A stretch of DNA of 64,000 bases, taken from assembly GCA_964521085.1 (NCBI GenBank), contig CAZFPL010000004.1, positions 67,198 to 131,197 on the forward strand, in the 5' to 3' direction. Under the pieces are notes generated by a model. It made no database searches. It was not told the origin of the DNA and saw only the letters and a list, made by a program, of their open reading frames with translations. The DNA is from an uncultured Anaerolineales bacterium. Lineage in GTDB: Bacteria; Chloroflexota; Anaerolineae; Anaerolineales; RBG-16-64-43. A program made the position numbers and the translations under genes. Positions 20,758-29,916 of this stretch are shown here, piece after piece (the stretch's first letter is position 1; each line of letters opens with the position of its first letter).

Positions 20758-21228
20758 TTATACCACAGAAGCAGAACCGGGATTGAGTTCCAAAAGGAAG
20801 TATGTGTCTCCTCCTCGAAGATGCGTGATCCGGAAGCCGTGCTTTTGATAGAACGCGACGGCGTCATTCCAAGTCGAGGTGGTCTCCAGAATGATCTTCC
20901 GGTATCCGGCGGATCTTGCATCGTCCATCAACCGGCGGAGGATCGCGCTGCCGATCCCGCGCCGTCGAAAAGAGGGGGCGACGGACATGCGGCAGATTTC
21001 CGCCTCTCCTTCCGCATGGGGGATCAGCACTCCGGTTCCGACGATTCGGCCGTCCCAAACGGCGACCCGGAAGAATCCCCCGGCATACGTAGCGCCGATG
21101 TCATCCAAATCCGGATTCTTGAAAGGATCCAATTTGTTCCAGCGGTCCTTCAATCCATCGAGGACGAGGTTTTTGACCGCGGTTTGGTCTTCCGGCTGAA
21201 AGGATCGGATGATGAGATCTGAAATCAT
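20758..21228 (-). CDS. GNAT family N-acetyltransferase
   Basis: Acetyl-CoA motif A RRRGIGSAILRRL and the YQKHGF tail. Confidence 0.8.
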   Translation of the reverse strand: MISDLIIRSFQPEDQTAVKNLVLDGLKDRWNKLDPFKNPDLDDIGATYAGGFFRVAVWDGRIVGTGVLIPHAEGEAEICRMSVAPSFRRRGIGSAILRRLMDDARSAGYRKIILETTSTWNDAVAFYQKHGFRITHLRGGDTYFLLELNPGSASVV

Positions 21229-21474
21229 TCGGTAATTCCTTCATGGGCCGCTGGTTCGATCCCGGTAAACCCGAATGACCGCCATTATCACCGGTCATCG
21301 ACAAGCGAACAAGAACGTCCGGAATCCAGCCTATCCATATCCAGATTGTGGGAATCCTATTCGATTCCGTGAACGGGAAGGCTATGGGGAGCCTTTCTTA
21401 AAAAACCGAGCGCCTGAAAATTTATTTTCCCCTAATTAGGCAGGAAAACGGTGGTCCTTCCGGAAAAAAGGTCC

Positions 21475-21502
21475 TTGACGGGGATGGGTGAATTAGTATA
21501 AC
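21475..21502 (+). promoter_or_regulatory. candidate sigma70 promoter TTGACG-N16-TATAAC
   Basis: Lies in the divergent intergenic region, about 130 nt upstream of the 21633 ATG. Followed by the CATATGAACATATA partial palindrome. Confidence 0.35.
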
Positions 21503-21632
21503 ATATGAACATATATTCAGTAATCAAAATTTACCGGTTGCAGGGCTGGGCGGGAAACCGCCTGCCACAGTCCGGTCAACGGATCGGGAAAATTTTGCGA
21601 GGAGGATCGGGCTGGAATGAATTGGAGGAGGC

Positions 21633-23099
21633 ATGGGGTCTGTTATTTTATGGATAGTCGGCATCTTGCTGGCGGCCTGCTTCTTTTGGGCCGTCATTTT
21701 AAAAATCATCGGCCGGATCGCCCACCGGGCGGGCCATTCGGTTCCATGCCCCGCATCCTTCTCCTGGATGATCGACAATCCCATCCGGAGGTGGTATGCG
21801 CGCGGCGTGCCGGACCGGATCGGAATTCGTTCCGGGGAGCGTGTGCTTGAACTTGGACCCGGCCCCGGCGCCTTCACGATCGACGCGGCGCGCCGCGCCG
21901 GCCCCGAGGGGCGCCTGACGGTCGTCGACATCCAGCCGGAGATGATCGCCAAGGTGGAGGCGCGGCTGCGGGTGGCCGGCGTGAAAAACGTGGAAACCCG
22001 CGTGGCGGACGCGTATGGGCTGCCGTTGGCGGATTCCAGCATCGATCGCGCGTTCTTGGTGACCGTACTGGGAGAAATACCGGATCCGAAACGGGCGCTG
22101 GCGGAATTGCACCGCGTGATCCGGCCGGGTGGCGTGCTTTCGATCACGGAGGAATTTCTTGATCCGGATTACCCGCTGGCACTCGAGACGATCCGGCTGC
22201 TCGAGTCCGCGGGATTCCAACTCTGCCGGCGCGGGGGCAATCTGTGGATGTACACCCTTAATTTCGAAAGGATCGAGGGCCTGCGGCTGGGGACGCTGGA
22301 TCTCTTAGCCTGTCCGGACTGTCACATCCGGCTGATCCTGCGTCCCCCATCGTCCGGAATGCAGGCAACAACCGTCCAAGAATATTTCCTGCATTGCAAA
22401 AAATGCCGGAAGGATTATCCCATCCGCGACGGGATCGTTCATTTTCTCGAATCCGATTCGCTTACCGGGCTCAACCGGCGTTTTGCGGCGATGTACGACT
22501 GGATGTCCTGGTTCTACCGGCCCTTCTCACCGATTATGTTTTTTTTCGTCGGCATCCCCGAGCGGCGGGCGCGGAAGGAAATCCTCGACCGGCTCGAACC
22601 CCGCGCCGGCCGCGTGCTGGAGGTATCGATCGGCCCCGGCGTCAATCTCCCGTTCCTGCATGAGCGCGAGGATGTCGGCGATATCTGCGGATTGGATATT
22701 TCGCTCGGCCAGCTGAAGCGCTGCCGCTCCTACCTTCATTCCAAAGGCTGGCCGGTCGAGCTCTTTCTGGGGAACGCCGAAACGCTGCCCTACCGCGATA
22801 ATTCCTTCGAATCCGTGTTCCATATCGGCGGGATCAATTTCTTCAACGATAAACGCAAAGCGGTCGAGGAGATGATCCGCGTCGCCAAGCCGGGAGCCCG
22901 GATCCTGATCGCCGACGAAACGGAAAAAGGCGTGCGCGCGTACAACACGGCCGCACCCGGTTTTTCCCGCAGGGTGGGCGCGGATAAAAAGAAGGTGACG
23001 GCACCGGTTGATCTGGTTCCGCCGGAGATGCAGGAGGTGAAGCTGACGGAAGTCTGGAACGGTTTCATGTACCTGCTGGAGTTCCGCAAGCCGGGATAA
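21633..23099 (+). CDS. fusion protein: TM helix + class I SAM-MTase + Trm112-like zinc ribbon + second class I SAM-MTase
   Basis: Motif I occurs twice (VLELGPGPG; VLEVSIGPG). A CPDC...CKKC ribbon lies between them (DYPIRDGIVHFLE). GGAGGAGG RBS. Confidence 0.75.
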   Translation: MGSVILWIVGILLAACFFWAVILKIIGRIAHRAGHSVPCPASFSWMIDNPIRRWYARGVPDRIGIRSGERVLELGPGPGAFTIDAARRAGPEGRLTVVDIQPEMIAKVEARLRVAGVKNVETRVADAYGLPLADSSIDRAFLVTVLGEIPDPKRALAELHRVIRPGGVLSITEEFLDPDYPLALETIRLLESAGFQLCRRGGNLWMYTLNFERIEGLRLGTLDLLACPDCHIRLILRPPSSGMQATTVQEYFLHCKKCRKDYPIRDGIVHFLESDSLTGLNRRFAAMYDWMSWFYRPFSPIMFFFVGIPERRARKEILDRLEPRAGRVLEVSIGPGVNLPFLHEREDVGDICGLDISLGQLKRCRSYLHSKGWPVELFLGNAETLPYRDNSFESVFHIGGINFFNDKRKAVEEMIRVAKPGARILIADETEKGVRAYNTAAPGFSRRVGADKKKVTAPVDLVPPEMQEVKLTEVWNGFMYLLEFRKPG

Positions 23100-23142
23100 T
23101 CCGCAGAGGGAGCGCCGGATATTCCCGCGCGGCCTTCAGAAA

Positions 23143-23246
23143 ATTTATCCCACTGTCGCGGGATGATGAATACCCCGCAGCTTGCTGCGCAGTTCTTGGG
23201 GATTGCGATCCGGGATACCGCGCGGCTTGCCGCGCGGTAGTTCATT
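23143..23246. repeat. REP-like intergenic element, copy 2
   Basis: Aligns with 15583-15675 (ATTTATCCCACTGTCGCGGGATGATGAATACCCCGC...GATACCGCGCGG). Confidence 0.7.
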
Positions 23247-23267
23247 CGCAATCGTGAGAGGTGGAAG

Positions 23268-23810
23268 ATGTACGTTTTCGATACTCCGTTCTTCTGGGCT
23301 TTTATTTCGATGTTCTTCCTTGTCTTGGGAACCGCGCTGGTGAGCGGCATTCCTCTGGGGCACAATCCCCTGTTTGGGTTCATCACCGTGATCGGGAACG
23401 ATTTTGCCCGGATCCTGATGGTCCTGCCTTTCGTACACCAGCCGCGGTTCGATTTCGGCATTGGAAACTGGATCCTGGGCGGACTCCTGATCGCCGTGGC
23501 ATGCAGTTTCGGTTTGGCCGCTTTCGCCGTCAAATGGTGGAAAGCGCCGGACAAGAACGTCGTCCTGCAGACGGCCGGCGTGTACGGCATTGTTCGGAAT
23601 CCGATTTACCTGTGCGACCTGATTTTCTCGCTGGGCATCGCCGTGGGCTTCGGTTCGATCGTCGGCGTGGCCTTGATCCCGGTGTGGTGGATCGCGTTTT
23701 TGTTCATCGTCCAGATGGAGGAAACCAGCATGGAACGCGAGCTCGGCCAAGCATATCGGGACTATAAACAGAAAGTCCGCGGACGGATCATCCCGGGACT
23801 GCCTGTTTAA
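23268..23810 (+). CDS. ICMT/PEMT-family membrane methyltransferase (copy 1)
   Basis: GVYGIVRNPIYL...EE..MERELG..Y..Y block; 4-5 TM helices. Confidence 0.7.
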   Translation: MYVFDTPFFWAFISMFFLVLGTALVSGIPLGHNPLFGFITVIGNDFARILMVLPFVHQPRFDFGIGNWILGGLLIAVACSFGLAAFAVKWWKAPDKNVVLQTAGVYGIVRNPIYLCDLIFSLGIAVGFGSIVGVALIPVWWIAFLFIVQMEETSMERELGQAYRDYKQKVRGRIIPGLPV

Positions 23811-23864
23811 TCTGTCGACACACAGTTTTCGCAGTTAATTTTCATGGAGTAATTTGGAGGAAAG

Positions 23865-24490
23865 ATGTGGATTGTTCGAATAATTCTAGCCGTGATCATG
23901 TTCACAATGGTTGCGGCTTTCGGAAATATCCTGAAGCGCCGTAGGGAGAATAACCGCCTACTCGAAAACAGACCGGTCAACCTTCTGGGTGTGATTTTTT
24001 ACACCCCGGCCTGTTACGTGATGGCCGGCTTGCCGTCGGATCCAAACGTATTCTCACCGCCGGGGTTCCTCGCCGAGGCGGCGTGCGGATCGGATTTCTC
24101 GTCGTCGGCCTGGCGTTGATCGCCCGATCGTTGGGCGTATTCCTGACGGCGGTCCGGCAGAGAAAAACGGTCGGCGGGGAAAACGTCAAAGAAGGGTTGC
24201 TGATCTCCGGCATCTACCGCTATGCCCGCCATCCCATTTACGCGGGCATTATCGGGATCTCCCTCGGTATTACGCTTATCTTTGGCACCTGGGACGGGCT
24301 GCTGATGATCCCGGTCATCTTTCTTTTGAACATGACGGAAGCGCTGATCGAAGAGCGCTACGACATCGGGGTGCGGTTTCCGGACGAGTATCGCGAATAC
24401 AGAAAACACACGCGGGTGTTCGGCCCGGTTTGGTTTTGGGGAGTTCTTGCCGTGGTTCTTGTGATCATAGCGGGAGTGGCGTACATTTAA
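23865..24490 (+). pseudogene. ICMT/PEMT-family membrane methyltransferase (copy 2), probably frameshifted
   Basis: Strong RBS (GGAGGAAAG) and two TM helices in the frame of 23865-24119. The catalytic half (GIYRYARHPIYAG...) is in another frame from 24083. The frames overlap at about 23990-24119. Confidence 0.5.
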
Positions 24491-24501
24491 AAGGAACGGA
24501 C

Positions 24502-25101
24502 ATGGATACCCTGATCGGTTTCCTGCGCGTGGTGTGCGGAGCCTTCGCCATCTTCCTGGTGCTGTTCCTCTTGTGGAGCATCCTGCGCGCGGTAAAGCGT
24601 CCCGCCGGTGCAGGCGCCGGGAAACAATTAAGCTGGCTGCACTCGCCGCTTTTTTACGTTGCGGCTTCGGTCTTCTTCTTTGGATTATGCATTTTGTTGT
24701 GGATTCCGCTTCCGGCGCTGCCGTTGGCAAATGAGATCGCCGTCCTGGGAGCATTGTTCTGTTTCCCGGGATTGGCGTTCGTGCTGTGGGGCAGGCTCGC
24801 GCTGGGGAGCATGTATTTCGTATCCACCGGATTCGGCGCGCAGCTTTTCGCCGGGCACCGCCTGGTCACCAGAGGTCCATATGCGATCGTCCGCCACCCG
24901 ATGTATTTCGGTTTGCTCATCGCCGGCATCGGCGGCTTGCTGTTGTATCAGACCTGGACCGGCGTGGTTTTCATCGGGTGCGGTTTGGGCGTGATTCGCC
25001 GTGCGCTCCGGGAGGAGGAAGTGCTGTCGAAGGAATTCGGCGCGGAGTGGACGGAATACTGCGCCCGTGTGCCGATGCTGTTTCCGCGGCTTTTAAAATA
25101 A
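24502..25101 (+). CDS. ICMT/PEMT-family membrane methyltransferase (copy 3)
   Basis: ATG at 24502. GPYAIVRHPMYFG...REEEVLSKEFGAEWTEYCARVP. Confidence 0.75.
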   Translation: MDTLIGFLRVVCGAFAIFLVLFLLWSILRAVKRPAGAGAGKQLSWLHSPLFYVAASVFFFGLCILLWIPLPALPLANEIAVLGALFCFPGLAFVLWGRLALGSMYFVSTGFGAQLFAGHRLVTRGPYAIVRHPMYFGLLIAGIGGLLLYQTWTGVVFIGCGLGVIRRALREEEVLSKEFGAEWTEYCARVPMLFPRLLK

Positions 25102-25186
25102 TTTCCTCACCCCGCCGGAAGATCTCCGGCTTCCCCTCTCCTGGCAAATGTCCGGAGAGGGAGCAAGGTAAAAAAAAGGAGCCAAC

Positions 25187-25805
25187 ATGGACGGGTTGAT
25201 TGGTTTCCTGCGTGTGGCTTGCGGAGTCTTTGCCCTTTCCACGGTTGCATTCCTGTTGTGGGGCGTTTTCCGAGGCACCCGGCGGCCTTCCGGCGATAGC
25301 GCGGGGCCAAAGGCAGGCTGGCTGGCTGCATTCACCGGTTTATTACGTTGTGACTTTGGGTATCGATATCGTCGTGGGCGTCCTGCTCTGGAAACCATTG
25401 CCCGGCACCCCGTTTACGGATGCGATCTCCATCCTCGGCGCGTTGCTGGTTTTTTCGGGGTTGGCTTTCATGTTGTGGAGCAGACTCGAACTGGGGAAGA
25501 TGTATTTCGTCTCCACTATGGTAGGCGCCCAGCTTTTCGCCGGGCACCACCTTGTCACGAGCGGCCCGTATTCGATCGTCCGTCACCCGATGCATTTGGG
25601 GTATCTCGTAGCCGCGCCCGGCCTCCTGATGCTGTTTCAAACCTGGACGACGGTGTTTCTGGCCGTGCTCGCATTGGTCTTAATCCGCCGCGCGTTCCGG
25701 GAAGAAGAGGTGCTGGGTAAGACATTCAGTGTGGAGTGGACGGAATATTGCAAGCGGGTGCCGATGATTTTTCCGTTTCTCCGCCCCAGGATGGGAAGGA
25801 GCTAG
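25187..25805 (+). pseudogene. ICMT/PEMT-family membrane methyltransferase (copy 4), +1 frameshift at a GGCT x3 tract
   Basis: The N-terminus MDGLIGFLRVACG...SAGPKAGWL (frame of 25187) matches copy 3. The rest (HSPVYY...GPYSIVRHPMHLG...) is in the frame of 25200. The junction is at GGCTGGCTGGCTG, 25317-25329. Confidence 0.65.
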
Positions 25806-25809
25806 CATC

Positions 25810-26622
25810 ATGGAAAAACTCCGTGTCGCCGATCTTCCACCGATCGCCCGGACACTTCTCGTTCCCCTGGCCTGCCGGGCGGAAGAGATGCAACGGCCCG
25901 ATGCGATGATCCGCGACGACCGGGCGCGGGAAATTCTCGCGCGCTTCGACGAAAAGGATCTCGCGCCGTTGAAATTATCCGGCGCGGACCACATCTTCAC
26001 GATGATGCGCGCCCGTCAGTTCGACCATTGGTCGCGGATGTTCCTCGATGCGCACCCGCACGGGATTGTCGTCGATTTCGGCTGCGGACTGGATACCCGC
26101 GCAGCGCGCGTGGAAGACGGACGCCGGTTATGGTTCGGGCTGGATTTGCCGGAGGTCATCGCCCTGCGGAGGGCGCTCATCCCCGATGGACCCCGGGAGT
26201 GTCTCATCGAAGGGTCCGTCCTCGATCCGGCATGGATGGACCGGATCGCGGCGGAGCGGAAGCCGGTTATTTTTATTGCGGAGGGCGTTTTTCCGTACCT
26301 GAAAGGGGAAGATCTGCGGCGGATGATCAGCCGGCTGGCGGACCGATTCCCCGGGTGCGAACTGGCATTCGACGCAATGACCAGGCTCTCGATCCGGCTG
26401 CATAACCTTCACCCGCTCCTGCGCAAGGCCGGGACACATCTTGAATGGGGATTGGACGACGGACGCGAATTGGAATGGTGGAATCCGCGCATCCGTTTGA
26501 TGGAGATGTGGAAGTATTTCGATTATTTCGAGCCGCGGCTTGGGATTTACAATCTGATGCGTTTCCTTCCGGTTTTTTCGGGCGTGAATTTCATCGTGCG
26601 GTATCGCTTTACGCAAGCTTGA
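25810..26622 (+). CDS. class I SAM-dependent O-methyltransferase, leucine-carboxyl-MT/TcmP-like
   Basis: VVDFGCGLDTR motif I; FIAEGVFPYL; length and N-terminal RA.E pattern fit the LCM/TcmP family. Confidence 0.65.
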   Translation: MEKLRVADLPPIARTLLVPLACRAEEMQRPDAMIRDDRAREILARFDEKDLAPLKLSGADHIFTMMRARQFDHWSRMFLDAHPHGIVVDFGCGLDTRAARVEDGRRLWFGLDLPEVIALRRALIPDGPRECLIEGSVLDPAWMDRIAAERKPVIFIAEGVFPYLKGEDLRRMISRLADRFPGCELAFDAMTRLSIRLHNLHPLLRKAGTHLEWGLDDGRELEWWNPRIRLMEMWKYFDYFEPRLGIYNLMRFLPVFSGVNFIVRYRFTQA

Positions 26623-26677
26623 TGCTGGAAGAAAGGACGATTGCCTGCAAGGCAAAGATCGCTCAGGGAGGTGACAG

Positions 26678-27607
26678 ATGAAAATTCTCATCTACGGAGC
26701 CGGCGTGTTGGGGAGAGTCGCCGCTGTTCGGCTCGCGCAGGCCGGCGAAGATGTGACGGTTCTGGCGCGCGGCCGGCGGCTGGAGGACATCCGCCGCGAT
26801 GGAATCGTGCTCGAACGGTTCGAAAACGGCGAGCGGACACCACTACGTCTTCCGGTCGTGGAATAGCTCGAGCCGGAGGACGCCTACGACTTGGTCCTGG
26901 TTATCATGGGGATGAACCAGGTGCCGACGGTGCTTCCCGCGCTTGCGACCAACCGGCGCAACCCGAACATCCTGTTCATCGGCAACAGCATATCCGGCGA
27001 TGCGCTAGTCGCCGCCCTCGGGAAGGAACGCGTCCTGCGCGGCTTTCTGCTCGTCGCCGGGACAAGGCTGCCCGGAGGGATCGTCCGTTATGCCTGCAAC
27101 GAACGCCGCAAGGCTGGGTGGATCATCGGCGAGGTGGATGGATCGATCTCCCCGCGGATGAAAGAAATTGGAGCGACGCTGGATAAAACTGGGATCGGAG
27201 TGGAGTTGAATCCGGCGATCGACGCCTGGTTGAAGACGCACGCTGCGATGATCGCGACGCTGGGAGCGGCGGTGTACGTCTCCGGGGGAACTCCGGCGGC
27301 GCTGGCGAATAATCCCAGCGTGGCCGCGCTTGCGGCAGGCGGGCTTAAGGAAAGTCTGCGAGCCCTCCAAGCGCTGCATGTATCGCTCCTGCCGAAAGGG
27401 GTTCTGATCTATCTATGGGTCCCGGCGCCGATCCTGACGTTCCTCCTGCGGCGCATTGTGCGCTCGGAGGATGTGGCTTTCGGATTCGCCCACGCGGAGA
27501 AGGCGCGGCCGGAAATCCGGTTGATCCTGGAGGAGCTGATGGTTTTCCTGCGGCGCTGCGGACGGCCTCTGCCGGCGTTGGAGGAACTGAACAAACAATT
27601 TCGATAA
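26678..27607 (+). pseudogene. ketopantoate-reductase (ApbA/PanE)-like NAD(P) oxidoreductase interrupted by an in-frame TAG
   Basis: Rossmann ILIYGAGVLG in 26678-26863; TAG at 26864-26866; the same frame continues to 27607. Collinear with the intact paralog at 30792-31733. Confidence 0.65.
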
Positions 27608-27672
27608 GGGACGGTTGAGAACGGATTCACCGGGAAATGATATAAAAAAACGTCATCCAAGAGGACGGAATT

Positions 27673-28356
27673 ATGGATAACAAGATTCTTCGAAGATACA
27701 TTTTGGATGCGGTCCTGAGCCTGATCGGCGGGGGTTTGGTTCTATTTTGGCCCGCCGGAAGAATCGACTGGTGGCCGGGCTGGGGCGTGCTGGCGGTCAA
27801 TGCGTTCATGATGGTCGCGATGGGTCTGATCATTTTCACACGGTTCCCGGACTTGGCGGCGGAGCGACTCTCTCCCCCCAAGGGGGCCAAGAAGTGGGAC
27901 GTCGCCATCAACAGCGGCGTGCGCCTCATACAACTCGCGCGCTACATCGTCGCCGGGCTGGATCAACGATATGGCTGGACGGGCGGGTTTCCCATCGGGA
28001 TTCAACTCGCGGCTCTGGCGGTCAGTTTCCTTGGATATGCCATCGTTCCCTGGGCGGTCGCGAACAATAAATTCTTTTCCCAGATCGTGCGGATCCAATC
28101 CGACCGCGGACACGCGGTCGCCGCGGGAGGACCGTACCGGTTTGTGCGCCATCCCAGCTACCTGGGGATGATCGCGTTCGAACTGGCCATCCCGGTCATG
28201 CTGGCCTCGTGGGGGGCGATCGTCATCAGCTGCGGCAGCGTTTTGCTGATCATCCTGCGCACGGCGCTCGAAGATCGGACGCTGCAGGCCGAGCTTCCCG
28301 GGTATGCGGAATACGCACAACGGGTTCGGTACCGGCTGCTGCCGGGAATTTGGTAG
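27673..28356 (+). CDS. ICMT/PEMT-superfamily membrane methyltransferase (copy 5)
   Basis: GPYRFVRHPSYLG...RTALEDRTLQAELPGYAEYAQRVRYRLLPGIW. Confidence 0.7.
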   Translation: MDNKILRRYILDAVLSLIGGGLVLFWPAGRIDWWPGWGVLAVNAFMMVAMGLIIFTRFPDLAAERLSPPKGAKKWDVAINSGVRLIQLARYIVAGLDQRYGWTGGFPIGIQLAALAVSFLGYAIVPWAVANNKFFSQIVRIQSDRGHAVAAGGPYRFVRHPSYLGMIAFELAIPVMLASWGAIVISCGSVLLIILRTALEDRTLQAELPGYAEYAQRVRYRLLPGIW

Positions 28357-28367
28357 GCAGTCACTAG

Positions 28368-28439
28368 TCCACGGAGAACACGGAGCGGCACGGAAAAATA
28401 ACACAAATTACTCTATGTTTCTCCGTGACCTCCGTGGAT
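28368..28439. repeat. CACGGAG-type inverted-repeat element, copy 1
   Basis: TCCACGGAGAACACGGAGCGGCACGGA, an AT-rich spacer, then TCTCCGTGACCTCCGTGGA. Confidence 0.8.
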
Positions 28440-28484
28440 GAATACTGCGGATTCTCTCAATTTTTTCTCGAAGAGGATAGAACA

Positions 28485-29171
28485 ATGGATAGAAGAAAAC
28501 AAATTGCAGTATATATCCTTTCGGACATCTCCCGGACTGCGGTAGTGGGTGTGCTGCTATTCTGGATTGCCGGGAGACTCGATTGGTGGGCGGGCTGGGC
28601 TGCGCTATTGGCGATCCTGATTAATGCAGCGGCGGTATGGTAGATCGTCATACGTGTCCATCCGTCCTTGCCGGCGGAGCGCTTTTGGGGCCGCGCAGGT
28701 GTCAAGTCGTGGGATAACGCGATTGTCTTGGCCATAAAGATGGCGCAGGGGTTGCGATACGTCGTTTCCGCGCTGGATTACCGCAACGGTTGGACGGCCG
28801 GGTTTCCCGCCGGGCTGCCAATCGCGGGCTTCCTGGTTTGCCTCCTGGGCGCCTTCTTTTTTGTCTGGGCGATGGCCTCCAATAACTTCTTCTCGCAGAA
28901 CGTGCGCGTCCAGATCGACCGCGGACACGCTGTCGCCACGGCCGGACCGTACCGGTTTATTCGTCACCCCGGATACCTGGGATTGATCCTGTTTGAGTTG
29001 GGGAGTGCGGCCTTGCTCGGCTCCGTATGGGCGCTGATTCCCCTGGCGTTTTGCGTCCTATTCCCAATCCTGCGCACCGCGCTCGAAGACCGCACGCTGC
29101 AAGCCGAGCTTCCCGGGTACGCCGAATTCGCCCAGCGGGTGCGGTACCGCCTGCTGCCGGGAATTTGGTAA
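28485..29171 (+). pseudogene. ICMT/PEMT-superfamily membrane methyltransferase (copy 6) interrupted by an in-frame TAG
   Basis: Tandem paralog of 27673-28356. ATG at 28485, TAG at 28641-28643, and the same frame continues to 29171. Confidence 0.65.
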
Positions 29172-29184
29172 GAGAAAAAACTTA

Positions 29185-29260
29185 TCCACGGAGTGCACGG
29201 AGGAGCACGGAGTTTTTTCAATTATTATTATTTCCGTGACCCTCCGTGTCCTACGTGGAT
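29185..29260. repeat. CACGGAG-type inverted-repeat element, copy 2
   Basis: TCCACGGAGTGCACGGAGGAGCACGGAG, an AT-rich spacer, then TTCCGTGACCCTCCGTGTCCTACGTGGA. Confidence 0.8.
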
Positions 29261-29276
29261 GAAAATAAGTTGAGAG

Positions 29277-29903
29277 ATGATGAAACTCACGAACAATTGG
29301 AACAAATTCATCTACAAGCTTTGGTCTCCCATATACGATCCGCTGTTCAACCGGTTCTTTGTTTCGACAGCTCGTAAACGATCCATCATAACTTTGGATT
29401 TACGGCGGGGCGAACGCGTCCTGCTCCTCGGCGTGGGGACGGGAGTGGATTTGACGCTCCTACCGGAGGGCGTCCGCGCACTGGGAATCGACCTCAGCCC
29501 GGAGATGCTGGCGCAGGCGCGCAGGAAGCTTCCGATCCCCGGGCGCGAGATCGAGCTGCGGGTGGGGGACGCGCAGGCGCAGCAGGTCGAGCCCGGTTTG
29601 TTCGATGCGGCGATCCTCCATCTGGTCCTGAGCGTCGTCCCGGACGGAGCCGCTTGTTTTCGCGAGGCGATGCGCGCGCTGCGGCCGGGCGGCCGGGCGG
29701 TGATCTTCGATAAATTTCAACCGGAGAAAGGGCGAATTACGGCCGGACGACGTCTGTTCAACATCATCACGATGCTCATCGGAACGGATATCACCCGGCG
29801 GCTGAGCGACCTGACGGCCGGGACGAACATTCGCATTCTAAGCGACGAGCCGGCCCTCCTGGGCGGAGCATATCGGATCATCCTGGTGGAAAAAAATTCC
29901 TGA
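29277..29903 (+). CDS. class I SAM-dependent methyltransferase
   Basis: VLLLGVGTGVD motif I; LRPGGRAVIFD. Confidence 0.75.
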   Translation: MMKLTNNWNKFIYKLWSPIYDPLFNRFFVSTARKRSIITLDLRRGERVLLLGVGTGVDLTLLPEGVRALGIDLSPEMLAQARRKLPIPGREIELRVGDAQAQQVEPGLFDAAILHLVLSVVPDGAACFREAMRALRPGGRAVIFDKFQPEKGRITAGRRLFNIITMLIGTDITRRLSDLTAGTNIRILSDEPALLGGAYRIILVEKNS

Positions 29904-29916
29904 ATGGAGAAACGAA

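Noticed and set aside
26864-28643. Genome-wide reassignment of TAG, or pyrrolysine, as the explanation for the two in-frame TAGs.
   Set aside because: TAG clearly terminates neighbouring genes (for example at 314-316, the GapN-like gene at 1175-1177, and 25803-25805). No pyl genes or suppressor tRNA are in the window. It is kept only as a low-probability alternative in the finding.
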